From positions 124,001 through 188,000 of the forward strand of contig CBFFRP010000111.1 of the NCBI GenBank assembly GCA_965644295.1: a stretch of DNA of 64,000 bases. Reading direction: 5' to 3'. Origin of the DNA: Paraphysomonas bandaiensis (taxonomy: Eukaryota; Protista; Chrysophyceae). Each line of letters starts with the position of its first letter. Position 1 is the stretch's first letter. A model generated the notes under the pieces. It did no database searches, was not told where the DNA came from, and worked only from the letters and a program-made list of their open reading frames with translations. This document shows, piece after piece, positions 61,801 to 64,000 of the stretch. Both the position numbers and the translations under genes were made by a program.

Positions 61801-64000
61801 CTTGAGACAGGCACACACGTACATACCCGCCGTAAAATAACAAATATTAGTTATATTATGGTGATAGCGTGCCACTTCACCTATTCTTATTTCACGTATA
61901 TGAAGGAAGGAGGATTTGGTTATTGTTTGCTTAACTGAGTGAACTACGTGCCCTCTTCTGATTGCCATTCACACGCGCTGGTACACCACAGTGGCCAAGG
62001 TCTTCTGAATTAGTCACAGTACCTCTCTGTATTGCTTTATTTCCCTAATTTTCTGGAAACTACGAATATCTTGAAACTTGAAAATAGACCCTAATATATA
62101 TCTAACAGTGGTTTTCGTAGCTGGCTTATATACAATCAACTTTCTTAGTCAAAAATTTACATATATTTCAAGTGCAAATAATATATATACTGTAGTAGAC
62201 ATACATACTGCGTATATTATTACTACTTAGTATAATATTGAATAGTACTCACTTACCTCTACTACTAGAACATAGCCTACTATAGAAACTGCCATAACTG
62301 AAATCTGAAATTACCAACATCCTTACATTCCATTCCTAACTCCCGATACAATTCTTTCAAAGCACTTTCATATACTCTACCAAACTATTAGGATTCAGCT
62401 TACAAATACATGATGGCCTCACAATATGGCACCTCTGCAGTTTTTATTACTAGTGACAGCTACTCCGGTTTTTACTCTCAGTGTGTATAGTTCATATTCT
62501 CTCTATTATCTACGGTTCACTGATTATTTCATTGAGGGGGCGTATTAGGATTCAGCTTAATACAAGATTGGAATCGCATTTCAGTACACTCCCATGCTCG
62601 TTTAAGAAGGAATTCTATTGTCTTTCTTGCACGTAGATGAGAATCATCCCTATCAGCTTTTGTCAAAGCTTGAAGTCCACATAAAAGCCGATATGGTTGG
62701 ATCCCTTCTTGTCCATTACCAAAATGTCAGAGGTCCCACAAAGTCTTCACACTAATGCACTATAGCCTTTAACATGTAATGCACTGTAGAGGTCCTCCTG
62801 TCATTGGGTATATCATTTGGTCCATCTAATTTCTTCCGGTCGTTAGCTGTATTGCACTGAACCCCAAAGAACTCCATCACTCGGTCTTTGTTGGCAGAAA
62901 TTATCAGCTTATCTTCATCATCCAACCTTTCAGGATAATGAGAACAAAAGCACTACGTCATATGCCTCACTTTGCCAGTATACATTGCCTTTGTTTTGGC
63001 ATGAATTAAGAGAATGAGAGACGTTCTTGAAGTCGATGAGGAGGAAGCTCGAGATGTAGCAGGAGAAGTATCATCTGAGAGGACCCATGGTATTAAATAC
63101 AGACAAGATATTCAATGTAGGTTCGATATTAAAGTGAATATGGTTTCTACGCAGATCACATATATCATACAGATACAACCTTGTATCTTTTGCATACGAT
63201 TTCTACGTAGAAATCTCCGGAATTCTACTGTATTCTACATAGAAATCTCCGGAATTCTACTGTATTCTACATAGAAATCTCCGGTATTCAGTGTGCCATG
63301 ATAATTTCACGTAAGGTAAAAATCTGATATTTCAGTTTTATTTTGTTGATATTCCAGGCGTAGGTGAAACATAGTCACACGCTACCCAAAAAATACTGCC
63401 ACAGTATTTCACCTACGGTGCATATATATACAATGCGGGAGTACGTGAAATTCTGTCACACTCATGTATACTTTTCAGTTTGTGTCGGTTGTAGATGTGT
63501 GTTTTTGGAATACCGTGTTGTATTATGTGAAGTGTGTATGTATCATATATAACGCATCTCTTCATATGTTACTTTAAACTATCAACAGTGCCATGAAAGG
63601 AGGTGATATCCACACCAAAAACAGAAGAATATCTTCTTCACCGTCGTGTTTCTTTCAACCTCTGCTCTGAAGCGATCCAGGTTCTTGTATGTATGTGAGG
63701 GTGACTGTTAATAGAGCTACATACCCTCTCACATACATACACATATACACCCCTTGAGACAGGCACACACGTACATACCCGCCGTAAAATAACAAATATT
63801 AGTTATATTATGGTGATAGCGTGCCACTTCACCTATTCTTATTTCACGTATATGAAGGAAGGAGGATTTGGTTATTGTTTGCTTAACTGAGTGAACTACG
63901 TGCCCTCTTCTGATTGCCATTCACACGCGCTGGTACACCACAGTGGCCAAGGTCTTCTGAATTAGTCACAGTACCTCTCTGTATTGCTTTATTTCCCTAA
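58826..64000. repeat. Tandem array of a 1,952-bp unit, preceded by a 691-bp deleted unit; runs off the right edge
   Basis: Identical ORFs at 59134, 59825, 61777 and 63729, and at 61062 and 63014. Each full unit has an internal 32-bp x3 repeat (about 61250-61335). Confidence 0.97.

Noticed and set aside
59134-63920. Repeated 62-86 aa ORFs as a tandem gene family
   Set aside because: Short, often with non-ATG starts and no motifs; their recurrence simply reflects the DNA repeat.

Overview
Intron-rich eukaryotic nuclear DNA with short GT-AG introns (about 44-200 nt). The gene set suggests a stramenopile protist, possibly an ochrophyte or chrysophyte; this is inferred, not certain. Host genes: COX11, NOP56, a CTD small phosphatase, an SDIR1-like RING E3 ligase, a PH-domain protein, an FN3 protein, an SLC12 cotransporter, a Cys-less pentameric ligand-gated channel, a small SelK-like membrane protein, a Ras-like GTPase with a PDZ domain inside its G-domain, and an LRR multi-pass membrane protein. 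Mobile DNA: an intact chromodomain Ty3/Gypsy element with a non-tRNA-like PBS inserted in the LRR gene; two differently deleted copies of a Crypton-like tyrosine-recombinase element; two PIF/Harbinger copies and a Tourist-like MITE; a decayed hAT-like element; an AT-rich virus-like (D5/SF3 helicase) fragment; and a 1,952-bp tandem array. The array's inverted-repeat node resembles the predicted Crypton circle junction. Long (CATA)n tracts lie just upstream of several start codons with CATA on the coding strand. All homology calls come from motifs recognised by eye; no searches were run.
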